Source of the DNA: Flavobacteriaceae bacterium
Lineage (GTDB): Bacteria > Bacteroidota > Bacteroidia > Flavobacteriales > Flavobacteriaceae
Assembly (NCBI GenBank): GCA_964229545.1
Contig: CAXRDP010000067.1
Location: 20,162-84,161, forward strand
Direction: 5' to 3'
Length of the DNA: 64,000 bases
Both the position numbers and the translations under genes were made by a program. Positions 1 to 9,512 of the stretch are shown here, in pieces (the first letter of the stretch is position 1; every line of letters begins with the position of its first letter). The notes under the pieces were generated by a model. That model saw only the letters and a program-made list of their open reading frames with translations, searched no databases and was not told the DNA's origin.

Positions 1-1401
1 CTTTTGGCAACCGATTGGTATATCGATCAGCTGAAAAGAAGAACCTATGAGAGTACACCCATACCCTCTCAACTCAAACATGCCCAATATGCCTACGGAG
101 TCAGGGATTATATCAAACACGAAGCGCTTTTGGACAGCGTGCGTTGGGATATTGATGACTTTATGAGTTGGGTAAGCAGTGACCACCCACGTACCAAATA
201 CAAACATTTGTTGCAACAATACGGTGCTGACATGGAGCGAATCCCAAAAGCTACTCAAGAGTTGGTTTACTATCCCACCAACAAAATTCGAGTGCCTGTC
301 AACAAAGAAAACGTGCTGAAAAGTGGCTTAGTAAAACCCCAAGACGCTGACTTGATTGTAGATTATATCGATATAGATCTGCCTACCTCTGGGCTATACA
401 AAAACCGCTTGTTGATGCTCGACATTTTGAAAAACAACGACTGGGAAAGACCTATCTACTTTACGGGAGGTAGCTATGATGAGGAAGAGTATTTCTGGAT
501 GAAAGAGTACCTTCAACTCGAGGGCTTGGTCTATAAATTGGTACCGATTCGTACGCCTATGAACCCGAACAATCCATACCAAATGGGGCGTGTTGATGCT
601 GAGAAAATGTATGAGGTTGTAAAGAAATGGGATTGGGGGAATGCTGACAGCCCGAACATTTACCACGACCCCGAAACCCGAAAAAACAGCATCTCTTTCC
701 GTTCGAATATCAGCCGATTGGCAGAAGCACTGATTGATCAAGGACAGTCAGAAAAAGCCATCGAAGTACTCGACTTGGCCATGGACAAGATGCCCCTAGA
801 ATCCTTCGGCTATTACAGCCTACTTACCCCTTTTGTGGAAGCCTACTACAGCGCAGGGGCGCAAGCCAAAGCACAAATATTGATGCAGCAGTTGTCCAAA
901 GGATACAGGGAATATATGAACTACTACGCGGGCGTGTCGCTGGATGACCAATACAGTATGTCTCAAGAATTGCTGGCTTATGTAGAACGCTACCGAAGTC
1001 TGGTCGAAGCTGTTGTGCAAGCCCGAGATTTTGAGGTACTTCCCGAGGAATTTGGGCTGTTCTATGAATCAATTTTGCCATTCAGATATTTCTACGGAGA
1101 CTATGATTTTTATGCAGAATTCCAACCCTTTGTATCGGCTTTGTACAAGGCCAATGACAACGCGAGTGGGCTAAATTTATATGAAAAAATAGCTGCTGCC
1201 TATCAAAACAGACTGGAATTGTACACCAGTGTACAAGAGGAAGATTTGGCTTACTACACATCTTCCATCAACTTGGATATAGAAGCCTATCGATCCCTAC
1301 TGGAAACCTTGGAAAGACACGAGCAAGACAAAAAAATTATTGTGGAAGCACAACAAAAGTTTGATGCTGCTACCACCAGATACGACAGTTTGAATCTTTA
1401 G
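1..1401 (+). CDS. C-terminal part of a large membrane-associated protein (DUF2723-like, TPR-like helical C-terminus); 5' end lies outside the window
   Basis: The open frame runs from base 1 with no upstream stop. The track's TTG at position 4 is probably internal. The family assignment is from memory of flavobacterial DUF2723 proteins and is tentative. Confidence 0.5.
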   Translation, partial: LLATDWYIDQLKRRTYESTPIPSQLKHAQYAYGVRDYIKHEALLDSVRWDIDDFMSWVSSDHPRTKYKHLLQQYGADMERIPKATQELVYYPTNKIRVPVNKENVLKSGLVKPQDADLIVDYIDIDLPTSGLYKNRLLMLDILKNNDWERPIYFTGGSYDEEEYFWMKEYLQLEGLVYKLVPIRTPMNPNNPYQMGRVDAEKMYEVVKKWDWGNADSPNIYHDPETRKNSISFRSNISRLAEALIDQGQSEKAIEVLDLAMDKMPLESFGYYSLLTPFVEAYYSAGAQAKAQILMQQLSKGYREYMNYYAGVSLDDQYSMSQELLAYVERYRSLVEAVVQARDFEVLPEEFGLFYESILPFRYFYGDYDFYAEFQPFVSALYKANDNASGLNLYEKIAAAYQNRLELYTSVQEEDLAYYTSSINLDIEAYRSLLETLERHEQDKKIIVEAQQKFDAATTRYDSLNL

Positions 1402-1694
1402 AGGAAATCTTTCATCAAAGAAATCAGGGTGTTGGCATCTTGCTCACCACTCTGACGCCATACCATTTCGCCCCCTTTATAAATCATTAGGGTAGGCAGG
1501 CCTTTTACGCGCAAAGCTTCAACCAACTGTGGATTTTTTTCGACATCGATTTTGATGACTTTGCCCTGGTCGCCCATGGCAGCGGCTACATCACGTAGTA
1601 CTGAATGCATCTCACTAGCTGTTTCTCCCCACTCTGTGTAGAAGTCGAGTAGGATTGGAATTTGCGCATCTATTAATTCACCAAACTTAGACAT
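1398..1694 (-). CDS. Thioredoxin-fold protein lacking the CxxC active site
   Basis: The 98-aa product aligns by eye to short flavobacterial thioredoxins (MSKF...DFxxEW[CGPC]...GxPTLxxxKxG). The cis-Pro motif GLPTL is present. WCGPC is replaced by WGETA, and the protein has no cysteine at all. Confidence 0.75.
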   Translation of the reverse strand: MSKFGELIDAQIPILLDFYTEWGETASEMHSVLRDVAAAMGDQGKVIKIDVEKNPQLVEALRVKGLPTLMIYKGGEMVWRQSGEQDANTLISLMKDFL

Positions 1695-1754
1695 GGTTCA
1701 TTCAAATTTAGGATATGCTTAGAGCAAAAATACATTTTTATGGTTAAAATGATG

Positions 1755-2969
1755 TTAAACCGCTTTTTTTAAGGTGATTACGCTGATTTCGGGCCATATT
1801 CCGAAGCGCCCTGGATAGGCCAAGTAGCCAAACCCTCGGTTGACATTGAGGTACTTGTTGTTTTCCTGATACATCCCTGCCCAATAAGGGTAGCGCCATT
1901 GAACAGGACTCCATTGAAACTTCCCCGGTATTTCTATTCCGAATTGCATGCCATGCGTATGACCGCTCAGTGTCAAGGGGATGTGGACGCGCGCATCTTT
2001 GACTTTGAGTTGCCAATGCGAAGGGTCATGGCTCAACAAAATTTTAAAACTATCTGCTTGCAAACCGTTAAGGGCTTTGTTCAAATCGCCCTTTTTCTTA
2101 AAGCCACCTGCACCCCAATTTTCGACACCCACTATAGCGATGGATTGCCCTTGTTTTTCAATAAGCTTATGTGTATTTCGAAGTAGCTGGAATCCCATTT
2201 GCGCTTGGATTTCTAATAGCCGATTGAAATTGGCGGTTTTGTCTTCGGGGCTGTTCCAAGGCACATAGTCACCATAGTCATGATTGCCTAATACAGAATA
2301 GACCCCATGTTTGGCTGTAAGGGTTCCAAAAAGAGATTGCCATTTTTGGAGTTCGTCCGCACGGTTGTTCACCAAATCACCGGTAAACAATATTACATCG
2401 GATTGCTGATCGTTGACCAAATCAATGCCGTACTGTACCCGTTTGTAGTTGTCAAAACTCCCGCAATGGAGATCAGAAATTTGAGTCAATTGAAAACCGT
2501 CAAATTGTTCAGGCAGATCCTCAAAAGCAAGCTCGTACCTCAAAACCTTGTAATTGTATCTGCCCTTAAAAATTCCATATATCAAACCTGCCACAGGAAG
2601 GGCGGCCAACCCTAATGCCAACCGACTGATAAATTTTCTGCGGCCCACCCAAACAGGGCCCAATTCGGGAACAAAAAATGCGATGACAGCTCTCAAAACA
2701 CGTGTAATGTCTTCAATCGCCAAAAAAGCGACCACCAAGCTTTGGAAAACAAACAAAATGATGTAAAATCCAAGTGCGTAGTTACGCGCTGATTCTTTCT
2801 GAGGGTCACTTATACCAAAGAACTGCCAATTGAGGTTTAGAAAAACCAACACACAGCACCCCCAATACAAACCCATAAGCCAACGAGAAGGTGTGAGGGT
2901 GCGCAACGCCTGACCCGCATAACCACTCAACAGCAAGAAAAAAAACAGGAAGATGATCCAGCGTATCAT
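1755..2969 (-). CDS. Membrane-anchored metallophosphoesterase (calcineurin-like, YkuE-type)
   Basis: Motifs DLHCG, GDLV, GNHDYG and SGHTHG follow an N-terminal multi-TM region. I chose the ATG at 2969 (MIRWII...) because the longer ORF would overlap the polA start and a -7 box lies at 2974-2981. Confidence 0.8.
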   Translation of the reverse strand: MIRWIIFLFFFLLLSGYAGQALRTLTPSRWLMGLYWGCCVLVFLNLNWQFFGISDPQKESARNYALGFYIILFVFQSLVVAFLAIEDITRVLRAVIAFFVPELGPVWVGRRKFISRLALGLAALPVAGLIYGIFKGRYNYKVLRYELAFEDLPEQFDGFQLTQISDLHCGSFDNYKRVQYGIDLVNDQQSDVILFTGDLVNNRADELQKWQSLFGTLTAKHGVYSVLGNHDYGDYVPWNSPEDKTANFNRLLEIQAQMGFQLLRNTHKLIEKQGQSIAIVGVENWGAGGFKKKGDLNKALNGLQADSFKILLSHDPSHWQLKVKDARVHIPLTLSGHTHGMQFGIEIPGKFQWSPVQWRYPYWAGMYQENNKYLNVNRGFGYLAYPGRFGIWPEISVITLKKAV

Positions 2970-2973
2970 GACC

Positions 2974-2981
2974 CAAAAATA
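2974..2981 (-). promoter_or_regulatory. Bacteroidota -7 promoter box (TATTTTTG on the minus strand)
   Basis: Matches TAnnTTTG and ends 4 nt upstream of the ATG of the metallophosphoesterase gene. Confidence 0.4.
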
Positions 2982-3020
2982 CACTTTGATGAAGATATAA
3001 CGAATTCCGAATTTAAGCCC

Positions 3021-3028
3021 TATTTTTG
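3021..3028 (+). promoter_or_regulatory. Bacteroidota -7 promoter box TATTTTTG upstream of polA
   Basis: Matches TAnnTTTG, 10 nt before the polA ATG at 3039. Confidence 0.45.
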
Positions 3029-3038
3029 AGCTTAGCCC

Positions 3039-5837
3039 ATGGCCGAACAAAAAAGACTCTTTCTTCTCGATGCCTATGCCCTTATATTCAGGGGCTATTA
3101 TGCATTTATCAAAAACCCGAGGATCAATTCCAAAGGCATGGACACCAGTGCCATTATGGGTTTTACCAACTCACTGCTGGATTTGATTCGACGTGAAAAA
3201 CCCGATTATTTGGCGGTGGCTTTTGACAAAGGCGGGTCTGTTGCCCGAACCGAGGTTTTTTCAGATTATAAAGCCAACCGTTCCGAAACTCCTGAAGCCA
3301 TCAAAATCGCGGTGCCTTATATCCATCAGATTTTGGAAGCCATGCACATACCCATCATAGAAAAAGAAGGGTATGAGGCCGACGACATCATCGGGACCTT
3401 GTCCAAACAAGCGGAAAAAGAAGGATTTCAGATCTATATGGTTACCCCTGACAAAGATTTTGCGCAATTGGTGTCAGAAAATATATTCATGTACCGCCCC
3501 GCACGCATGGGCAACGGCATTGAAATTTGGGGAATCCCGGAAGTACAACAAAAATTTGAGGTCCAAGAGCCCGAACAGGTCATCGATTTTTTAGGCATGA
3601 TGGGCGACTCGGTAGACAACATACCCGGATTGCCGGGCGTGGGTGAAAAAACCGCCAAAAAATTCTTAGCCGAATATGGCAGTATGGAAAATCTACTGGC
3701 CAACACCCATGAGCTTAAGGGCAAAATGAAAGAAAAAATCGAAGCCAACAAAGATTTGGGGCTTTTGTCAAAAAAACTGGCACGTATCATGCTAGATGTG
3801 CCGGTGCAGTTTGAAGCCGCCCAATATACCCTCGACAAACCCGATACCGATAAGGTCAAGTCCATATTCCAAGAGTTGGAATTTCGGCGTATGACAGAAA
3901 CCTTTTTAAAACTGTTTGCGGAAAGTTCGCCAGCTCAAGAAGTAGCCGATCCCCCTACACCCACAGCGCCCCAAGCCTTTGATTTGTTCAATCAGCCGGG
4001 CACAGGAAATGTGCAAGCGGAGAGCGGCTTGGCCAGTTTGTCTGACACCTCGCATCTGTATCAAACCATTGAGACCGACAAGGAAAAACAACTGCTGTTA
4101 GATGCCTTAATGAAACAAAAATCGGTCTGTTTTGACACTGAAACTACCGGATTGGACCCATTGACGGCAGAGCTGGTCGGCATTGCTTTTAGCTGGCAGG
4201 CACATACGGGCTTCTATCTTCCGCTTCCTGAAGATCGGATGGCGTGTCAAACCACACTTGAGTTATTCCGACCGTTTTTTGAAGCGACTGACATCGAAAA
4301 AATCGGGCAAAATCTCAAATACGATCTGAAGGTATTATTACAATATAATATGGAGGTCAAAGGTCCCATGTTTGACACCATGATCGCTCACTACCTGATC
4401 AACCCCGACATGCGCCACAATATGGATGTGCTGTCTGAAACTTATTTGGGCTACAGCCCGCAATCCATCACCGAGCTTATCGGTAAAAAAGGGCCCAAAC
4501 AACGCTCTATGCGCGAGGTGCCTCTCGAACAGCAAAAAGAGTATGCGGTTGAAGATGCGGACATTACCTTTCAGCTTAAAAATCATTTTACCAAAGAATT
4601 GCAAGCCAACCATTTGGAAAAACTCTTCCGCGATATCGAAATTCCTTTGGTGGCCGTCTTGGCAGATATGGAGCGAGAAGGCATTCGCATTGATGTGGAG
4701 TACCTAAAAAAACTCAGCAAAGAATTTGGCGCAGAGGCGCTAACCTTAGAAGAACGTATTTATGAACAAGCAGGCGAGCGCTTTAACCTAGCTTCTCCCA
4801 AGCAGTTGGGCCCCATTTTGTTTGACAAACTCAAACTGGTCGACAAGCCCAAAAAAACCAAAACAGGTCAATACTCCACAGCCGAGGACGTGCTCTCGTA
4901 TTTGGCCAAAGACCATTCCATTGTAGCCGATATTTTGGAATGGCGGTCGGTCCAAAAACTCAACAACACCTATGTGGCAGCCTTGCCCGAAGAGGTCAAC
5001 CCTGCGACAGGGCGTGTGCATACCCAATACAACCAAGCAGTTGCAGCCACTGGAAGGTTGAGCAGCAACCACCCCAACCTGCAAAACATACCCATTCGAA
5101 CCCAAAGGGGTCAGTTGGTACGCAAAGCCTTTGTGCCGCGAAATGACGAATTTATATTGCTTGCTGCGGACTATTCACAAATCGAATTGCGGGTAATTGC
5201 TTCGTTGAGTGGCGACCCCGAAATGCAGTCTGCTTTTATCAACAACGAAGACATTCATGCCAGTACGGCCGCTAAAGTTTTTGGCGTACCCCTCTCTAAG
5301 GTAAGTCGTGAGCAACGCAGCCAAGCCAAAACGGTTAACTTTGGGATTATCTATGGTGTTTCGGCTTTTGGACTCAGCAACCAGACCAGCCTCAACCGAA
5401 GCGAAGCCAAAGATCTTATAGACGCTTATTATACCACCTACCCACGCCTCAAGGCTTATATGGGTGAACAAGTGCATTTTGCCCGAGAAAACGGCTATGT
5501 AGAAACCGTGTTGGGTCGCCGTCGCTATCTCAAAGACATCAACTCTCGAAATCCGGTTGTACGGGGGGCTGCCGAGCGCAATGCTGTCAACGCACCCATA
5601 CAAGGGAGCGCTGCCGATATTATCAAAATCGCCATGCTGCGCATCCACCAAAAGCTCAAAGCATTTGAGTCCAAGATGTTGTTACAAGTACATGACGAAC
5701 TGGTATTTGACGCCAAGAAAAGTGAGTTGGAAGACCTGCAACAAATGGTCAAAACAGAGATGGAGCAAGCCTTTACACTCGACGTACCTTTGGTGGTAGA
5801 TATGGATACAGGTACCGATTGGTTGGCAGCGCATTAA
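3039..5837 (+). CDS. polA: DNA polymerase I
   Basis: The 932-aa product has a 5'-3' exonuclease N-terminus (LFLLDAYALIFRGYYA), a 3'-5' exonuclease domain and pol A family motifs (DYSQIELR, QVHDELVF). Confidence 0.97.
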   Translation: MAEQKRLFLLDAYALIFRGYYAFIKNPRINSKGMDTSAIMGFTNSLLDLIRREKPDYLAVAFDKGGSVARTEVFSDYKANRSETPEAIKIAVPYIHQILEAMHIPIIEKEGYEADDIIGTLSKQAEKEGFQIYMVTPDKDFAQLVSENIFMYRPARMGNGIEIWGIPEVQQKFEVQEPEQVIDFLGMMGDSVDNIPGLPGVGEKTAKKFLAEYGSMENLLANTHELKGKMKEKIEANKDLGLLSKKLARIMLDVPVQFEAAQYTLDKPDTDKVKSIFQELEFRRMTETFLKLFAESSPAQEVADPPTPTAPQAFDLFNQPGTGNVQAESGLASLSDTSHLYQTIETDKEKQLLLDALMKQKSVCFDTETTGLDPLTAELVGIAFSWQAHTGFYLPLPEDRMACQTTLELFRPFFEATDIEKIGQNLKYDLKVLLQYNMEVKGPMFDTMIAHYLINPDMRHNMDVLSETYLGYSPQSITELIGKKGPKQRSMREVPLEQQKEYAVEDADITFQLKNHFTKELQANHLEKLFRDIEIPLVAVLADMEREGIRIDVEYLKKLSKEFGAEALTLEERIYEQAGERFNLASPKQLGPILFDKLKLVDKPKKTKTGQYSTAEDVLSYLAKDHSIVADILEWRSVQKLNNTYVAALPEEVNPATGRVHTQYNQAVAATGRLSSNHPNLQNIPIRTQRGQLVRKAFVPRNDEFILLAADYSQIELRVIASLSGDPEMQSAFINNEDIHASTAAKVFGVPLSKVSREQRSQAKTVNFGIIYGVSAFGLSNQTSLNRSEAKDLIDAYYTTYPRLKAYMGEQVHFARENGYVETVLGRRRYLKDINSRNPVVRGAAERNAVNAPIQGSAADIIKIAMLRIHQKLKAFESKMLLQVHDELVFDAKKSELEDLQQMVKTEMEQAFTLDVPLVVDMDTGTDWLAAH

Positions 5838-5887
5838 CAGAGAAATTTTATTTTCAAAAGGTGGTTTGCTTTTTTCCCTATTAATTG

Positions 5888-5895
5888 TACATTTG
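5888..5895 (+). promoter_or_regulatory. Bacteroidota -7 promoter box TACATTTG upstream of rplM
   Basis: Matches TAnnTTTG. It lies inside the over-long track ORF, which supports the downstream GTG start for rplM. Confidence 0.45.
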
Positions 5896-5949
5896 CAGCC
5901 CAATTTCGGTCAACCGAAGTTATTGGGTAAACGATTTAAAGAAATTCTA

Positions 5950-6405
5950 GTGGATTCATTGAGTTACAAAACCATCTCCGCCAACAAGCAAACCGCTGAC
6001 AAACAGTGGGTGGTGGTCGATGCCGAAGATCAGATCCTTGGGCGCTTTTCGTCCAAAGTTGCCAAGCTGTTGCGCGGCAAGCACAAACCCAGCTACACGC
6101 CTCATGTGGATTGTGGCGACAATGTGGTGGTGATCAATGCCGAGAAAGTCAAGTTGAGCGGCAACAAGTGGGAGGCCAAGTCTTACATCCGTCATACAGG
6201 GTATCCTGGCGGTCAGCGCAGCTTGTCTGCCACCGAGCTTTTTGCCAAAGACCCAAAGCGACTGGTTGAAAAAGCTGTTAAAGGCATGTTACCCAAAAAC
6301 AAATTGGGTGCCGACTTATTTCGTAATCTCTATGTGGTGACTGGCAACGAACATCCTTATGATGGCCAAAAGCCTACCGCTATTAACATCAACGAATTGA
6401 AATAA
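5950..6405 (+). CDS. rplM: 50S ribosomal protein L13
   Basis: Conserved L13 sequence (DSLSYKTISANK...WVVVDAE...GRFSSKVAKLLRGKHKP). The GTG start at 5950 gives the canonical N-terminus. Confidence 0.93.
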   Translation: MDSLSYKTISANKQTADKQWVVVDAEDQILGRFSSKVAKLLRGKHKPSYTPHVDCGDNVVVINAEKVKLSGNKWEAKSYIRHTGYPGGQRSLSATELFAKDPKRLVEKAVKGMLPKNKLGADLFRNLYVVTGNEHPYDGQKPTAININELK

Positions 6406-6406
6406 T

Positions 6407-6793
6407 ATGGAAGTGATTCATAAAATTGGTCGTCGTAAAACTGCTGTTGCTCGGGTATATCTGTCTGAGGGTAAGGGAGACATTTCGATCAACAAAAAAC
6501 CATTGGCCGATTATTTTCCAACCGCTACCCTACAGTACAAAATCAACCAACCCTTGGCCCTAACTGAAAGCCTTGGGAAGTTTGATCTGAATATTTCTGT
6601 ATTGGGCGGAGGACCCAACGGTCAGGCAGAGGCTGTCCGTTTGGCCATTTCTCGTGCTTTGTGTGCCGTCGACGAAGACCACCGCGCCGTACTTAAACCA
6701 GAAGGTTTGCTTACACGCGACCCTCGTATGGTAGAACGTAAAAAGTTTGGGCAGAAAAAAGCCCGTAAGAAATTCCAATTCTCCAAACGTTAA
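6407..6793 (+). CDS. rpsI: 30S ribosomal protein S9
   Basis: The 128-aa product has GRRKTAVARV near the N-terminus and a C-terminal KKFQFSKR. Confidence 0.95.
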   Translation: MEVIHKIGRRKTAVARVYLSEGKGDISINKKPLADYFPTATLQYKINQPLALTESLGKFDLNISVLGGGPNGQAEAVRLAISRALCAVDEDHRAVLKPEGLLTRDPRMVERKKFGQKKARKKFQFSKR

Positions 6794-6933
6794 CAGTTTG
6801 GTAGCATTGGCTTATACATAAGTTCATTTAATAGTGTCTAATTTGTTGCCATTAGTTTAGCATCTAAATGTTTGAGGCCGAAAAAAAACGCCACTCAAAT
6901 ATTGCTAATCAGGGAACGTAAACGAAAACAACA

Positions 6934-7854
6934 ATGTCAAAAATCGAAGTAAAAGAATTACTCGACGCAGGTGTCCACTTTGGTCACCTCACACGCAAGT
7001 GGAACCCCAACATGGCGCCCTTCATTTATATGGAGCGCAATGGTATCCACATCATCAATTTGTACAAAACGGTTGCCAAAATCGAAGAGGCCCAGCAAGC
7101 GCTACACAAAATCGCTGCATCGGGGCGTAAAATCCTTTTTGTAGCTACCAAAAAACAAGCCAAGGACATCGTGTCTAAGGCAGCGTCTGAAGTCAACATG
7201 CCCTACATTACAGAGCGTTGGCCTGGAGGTATGCTTACCAACTTTGTGACCATTCGCAAGGCTGTTAAAAAAATGGCTGCCATTGACCGCATGAAAAAAG
7301 ACGGTACGTTTGAAACCTTGTCTAAAAAGGAAAAACTTCAAGTAGACCGTTTGCGAGCCAAATTGGAAAAAAACTTGGGTTCAATATCCGATATGACACG
7401 ATTGCCCGGAGCCTTGTTTGTCGTTGACATTCGCCGTGAGCATATCGCTGTTCGTGAAGCCCAAAAACTCAATATCCCCATTTTTGCAATGGTCGATACA
7501 AACGCCGACCCAAGAGAAGTGGACTATGCCATTCCTGCCAACGACGACGCTTCAAAATCGATCGACAAAATTTTGGCATTGGTCGCCCAGTCTGTGGGTG
7601 AAGGCCTAAGCGAGCGCAAACAAGAAAAAGCAGCTGCTGAAGCTGCCGAAACAGAAGGAGAAGTAGTTCCTGAAACAGCAACCGAAACTGAAGAAGTAGT
7701 TGAAGAAGCTGCTGTGGAAACCCAAGAGGTTGTTGCGGAAGAAGCTGATATTGAAGAAGCCCCTGCTGAGGTTGAAGAAATTGAGGAAGAGGAAGCTACT
7801 GAGGAAGAAACTTCTGAAGAAGAGCCCGAAGAAGAATCAAAAGAGGAAGAATAA
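6934..7854 (+). CDS. rpsB: 30S ribosomal protein S2 with a long polyacidic C-terminal tail
   Basis: The S2 core is present (LLDAGVHFGH, ERWPGGMLTNF). It is followed by a tail of about 75 aa rich in E/A/T/V and ending in EEEPEEESKEEE. Confidence 0.95.
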   Translation: MSKIEVKELLDAGVHFGHLTRKWNPNMAPFIYMERNGIHIINLYKTVAKIEEAQQALHKIAASGRKILFVATKKQAKDIVSKAASEVNMPYITERWPGGMLTNFVTIRKAVKKMAAIDRMKKDGTFETLSKKEKLQVDRLRAKLEKNLGSISDMTRLPGALFVVDIRREHIAVREAQKLNIPIFAMVDTNADPREVDYAIPANDDASKSIDKILALVAQSVGEGLSERKQEKAAAEAAETEGEVVPETATETEEVVEEAAVETQEVVAEEADIEEAPAEVEEIEEEEATEEETSEEEPEEESKEEE

Positions 7855-7872
7855 AAATTTAAACCCCTACGC

Positions 7873-8697
7873 ATGTCAAAAATTAGTGCTGCAGATGTAA
7901 ACAAGCTCCGTAAATCTACCGGAGCCGGAATGATGGACTGTAAAAAAGCCTTGGTTGAGTCTAACGGAGACTTTGACGCCGCCATTGAAATTTTACGTAA
8001 AAAAGGACAAAAAGTGGCTGCCAACCGAGCCGATCGCGACTCCTCTGAGGGTGCTGTAATCGCTCGTGTAAACGCAGATGCCACTGCAGGAGTGATTGTG
8101 TCTGTGAACTGTGAAACCGATTTCGTTGCCAAAAACGATAGCTATTTGGCTTTGGCCAACAAACTGGCCGACTTGGCTCTTGGTTTCGATAGCTTGGACG
8201 CTTTTTTAGCTGCCGATTTTGAAGGTATCACAGTAGCTGAAAAGCTGACCGAGCAAACCGGGGTGATCGGAGAAAAGATTGAAATCGGTGGGTTTGAACG
8301 CTTAGAAGGTGCTTTTGTGGGCTCATACATTCACGCTGGAAACAAAATCGCTACCCTAACCAGTTTGTCAGCCAACGTGGATGGGGCTGGCGAAGCTGCC
8401 AAAAACGTGGCCATGCAAGCCGCCGCTATGAACCCCATCGCCCTTAACGAAGAAGGGGTCGATGCGGCTACAGTTGAAAAAGAAATCGAAATTGCAAAAG
8501 ACCAATTGCGTCAGGAAGGCAAGCCCGAAGCCATGTTGGACAACATCGCCAAAGGAAAACTTAAGCGTTTCTTTAAAGACAACACTTTGGTCAACCAAGA
8601 TTATATCAAAGAGGCCAAACAAAGTGTTGCTGAATATGTAAAATCTGTAAACAGCGAACTTACAGTAACCGGATTTAAAAGGGTGGCTTTGGTATAA
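7873..8697 (+). CDS. tsf: Elongation factor Ts
   Basis: UBA-like N-terminus (VNKLRKSTGAGMMDCKKAL) and the CETDFVAKN motif. Confidence 0.95.
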   Translation: MSKISAADVNKLRKSTGAGMMDCKKALVESNGDFDAAIEILRKKGQKVAANRADRDSSEGAVIARVNADATAGVIVSVNCETDFVAKNDSYLALANKLADLALGFDSLDAFLAADFEGITVAEKLTEQTGVIGEKIEIGGFERLEGAFVGSYIHAGNKIATLTSLSANVDGAGEAAKNVAMQAAAMNPIALNEEGVDAATVEKEIEIAKDQLRQEGKPEAMLDNIAKGKLKRFFKDNTLVNQDYIKEAKQSVAEYVKSVNSELTVTGFKRVALV

Positions 8698-8720
8698 AGC
8701 CTAACCCTTTCATGTAGAAC

Positions 8721-8750
8721 AATGCCTTGGTTTTCCAAGGCATTTTTTTT
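8721..8750 (+). terminator. Rho-independent terminator after tsf
   Basis: Perfect 10-bp stem aatgccttgg/ccaaggcatt with a tttt loop, followed by a T-run. Confidence 0.8.
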
Positions 8751-8778
8751 GGTATCTATTTTTCAGGGGCTAAATGGT

Positions 8779-8786
8779 TATATTTG
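8779..8786 (+). promoter_or_regulatory. Bacteroidota -7 promoter box TATATTTG upstream of pyrH
   Basis: Matches TAnnTTTG, 15 nt before the ATG at 8802. Confidence 0.45.
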
Positions 8787-8801
8787 CAGGAAATCTCCTC
8801 C

Positions 8802-9506
8802 ATGCATTACAAACGCATATTACTTAAACTCAGTGGGGAAGCGCTGATGGGCGATCGAGCCCACGGGATTGACCCCGAACGCTTGGCTGCCTACGCCAAC
8901 GAAATCAAAAATGTTGTCGATAAAGGGGTTCAAATAGCCATCGTCATTGGCGGGGGCAACATCTTTCGCGGGGTAGCAGGCGCCAGCAATGGCATGGACC
9001 GTGTGCAGGGTGATTATATGGGTATGCTTGCCACCATTATCAATGGCTTGGCGCTACAAAGCGCATTAGAGGATGCGGGGGTACAAACCCGACTCCAAAC
9101 GGCTCTTAAGATTGAGGCCGTTGCTGAACCCTATATCAAAAGGCGGGCCGTACGCCACCTCGAAAAAGGGCGTGTCGTGATTTTTGGCGCTGGGACGGGA
9201 AATCCGTTCTTTACCACAGACTCCGCTGCCGTTTTGCGTGCCATCGAAGTCGATGCAGATGTTATTCTTAAGGGGACTCGTGTGGATGGCATCTACAATG
9301 CCGACCCGGAAAAAGACGCCAATGCCACCAAATTTGATAATATCAGCTTTAAAGATGTCCTTCAAAAAGGCCTCAAAGTCATGGACTCTACCGCCTTTAC
9401 GCTCAGTCAAGAAAACGACCTGCCGATCGTTGTTTTTGACATGAATACGCCCGGCAATCTTGAGCAAGTAGTTTCAGGTGCACAAATTGGTACTACCGTC
9501 AAATAA
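8802..9506 (+). CDS. pyrH: UMP kinase
   Basis: [15 protein letters not shown] at the N-terminus, plus GGGNIFRG. I chose the internal ATG because the terminator and promoter lie inside the longer track ORF. Confidence 0.93.
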   Translation: MHYKRILLKLSGEALMGDRAHGIDPERLAAYANEIKNVVDKGVQIAIVIGGGNIFRGVAGASNGMDRVQGDYMGMLATIINGLALQSALEDAGVQTRLQTALKIEAVAEPYIKRRAVRHLEKGRVVIFGAGTGNPFFTTDSAAVLRAIEVDADVILKGTRVDGIYNADPEKDANATKFDNISFKDVLQKGLKVMDSTAFTLSQENDLPIVVFDMNTPGNLEQVVSGAQIGTTVK

Positions 9507-9512
9507 ATTACC

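Noticed and set aside
5866-5949. N-terminal extensions of track ORFs: rplM from 5866, pyrH from 8727, asnS from 12507, kbl from 16316, panD from 21170, sufD from 46493, glyQS to 27922 and sdhC to 36952
   Set aside because: The extensions add non-conserved residues and overlap upstream genes, terminators or -7 promoter boxes. The internal starts give canonical N-termini.
6794-6933. 140-nt rpsI-rpsB spacer as a possible ribosomal-protein leader or ncRNA
   Set aside because: I could draw only weak, short stems (tttgag...ctcaaa) and found no recognisable promoter box or known leader motif. The evidence is too thin to report.
7615-7854. GAA/GAG-rich repetitive DNA as a possible tandem repeat, CRISPR-like or contingency locus
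   Set aside because: There are no regular repeat-spacer units. The region is in frame within rpsB and is explained by the acidic low-complexity protein tail.
7524-8132. 202-aa minus-strand ORF spanning the rpsB tail, the spacer and the tsf 5' end
   Set aside because: It is a Ser/Ala-rich low-complexity translation of the antisense of the GAA/GAG-rich rpsB tail and of a well-supported tsf gene. It has no independent coding evidence.
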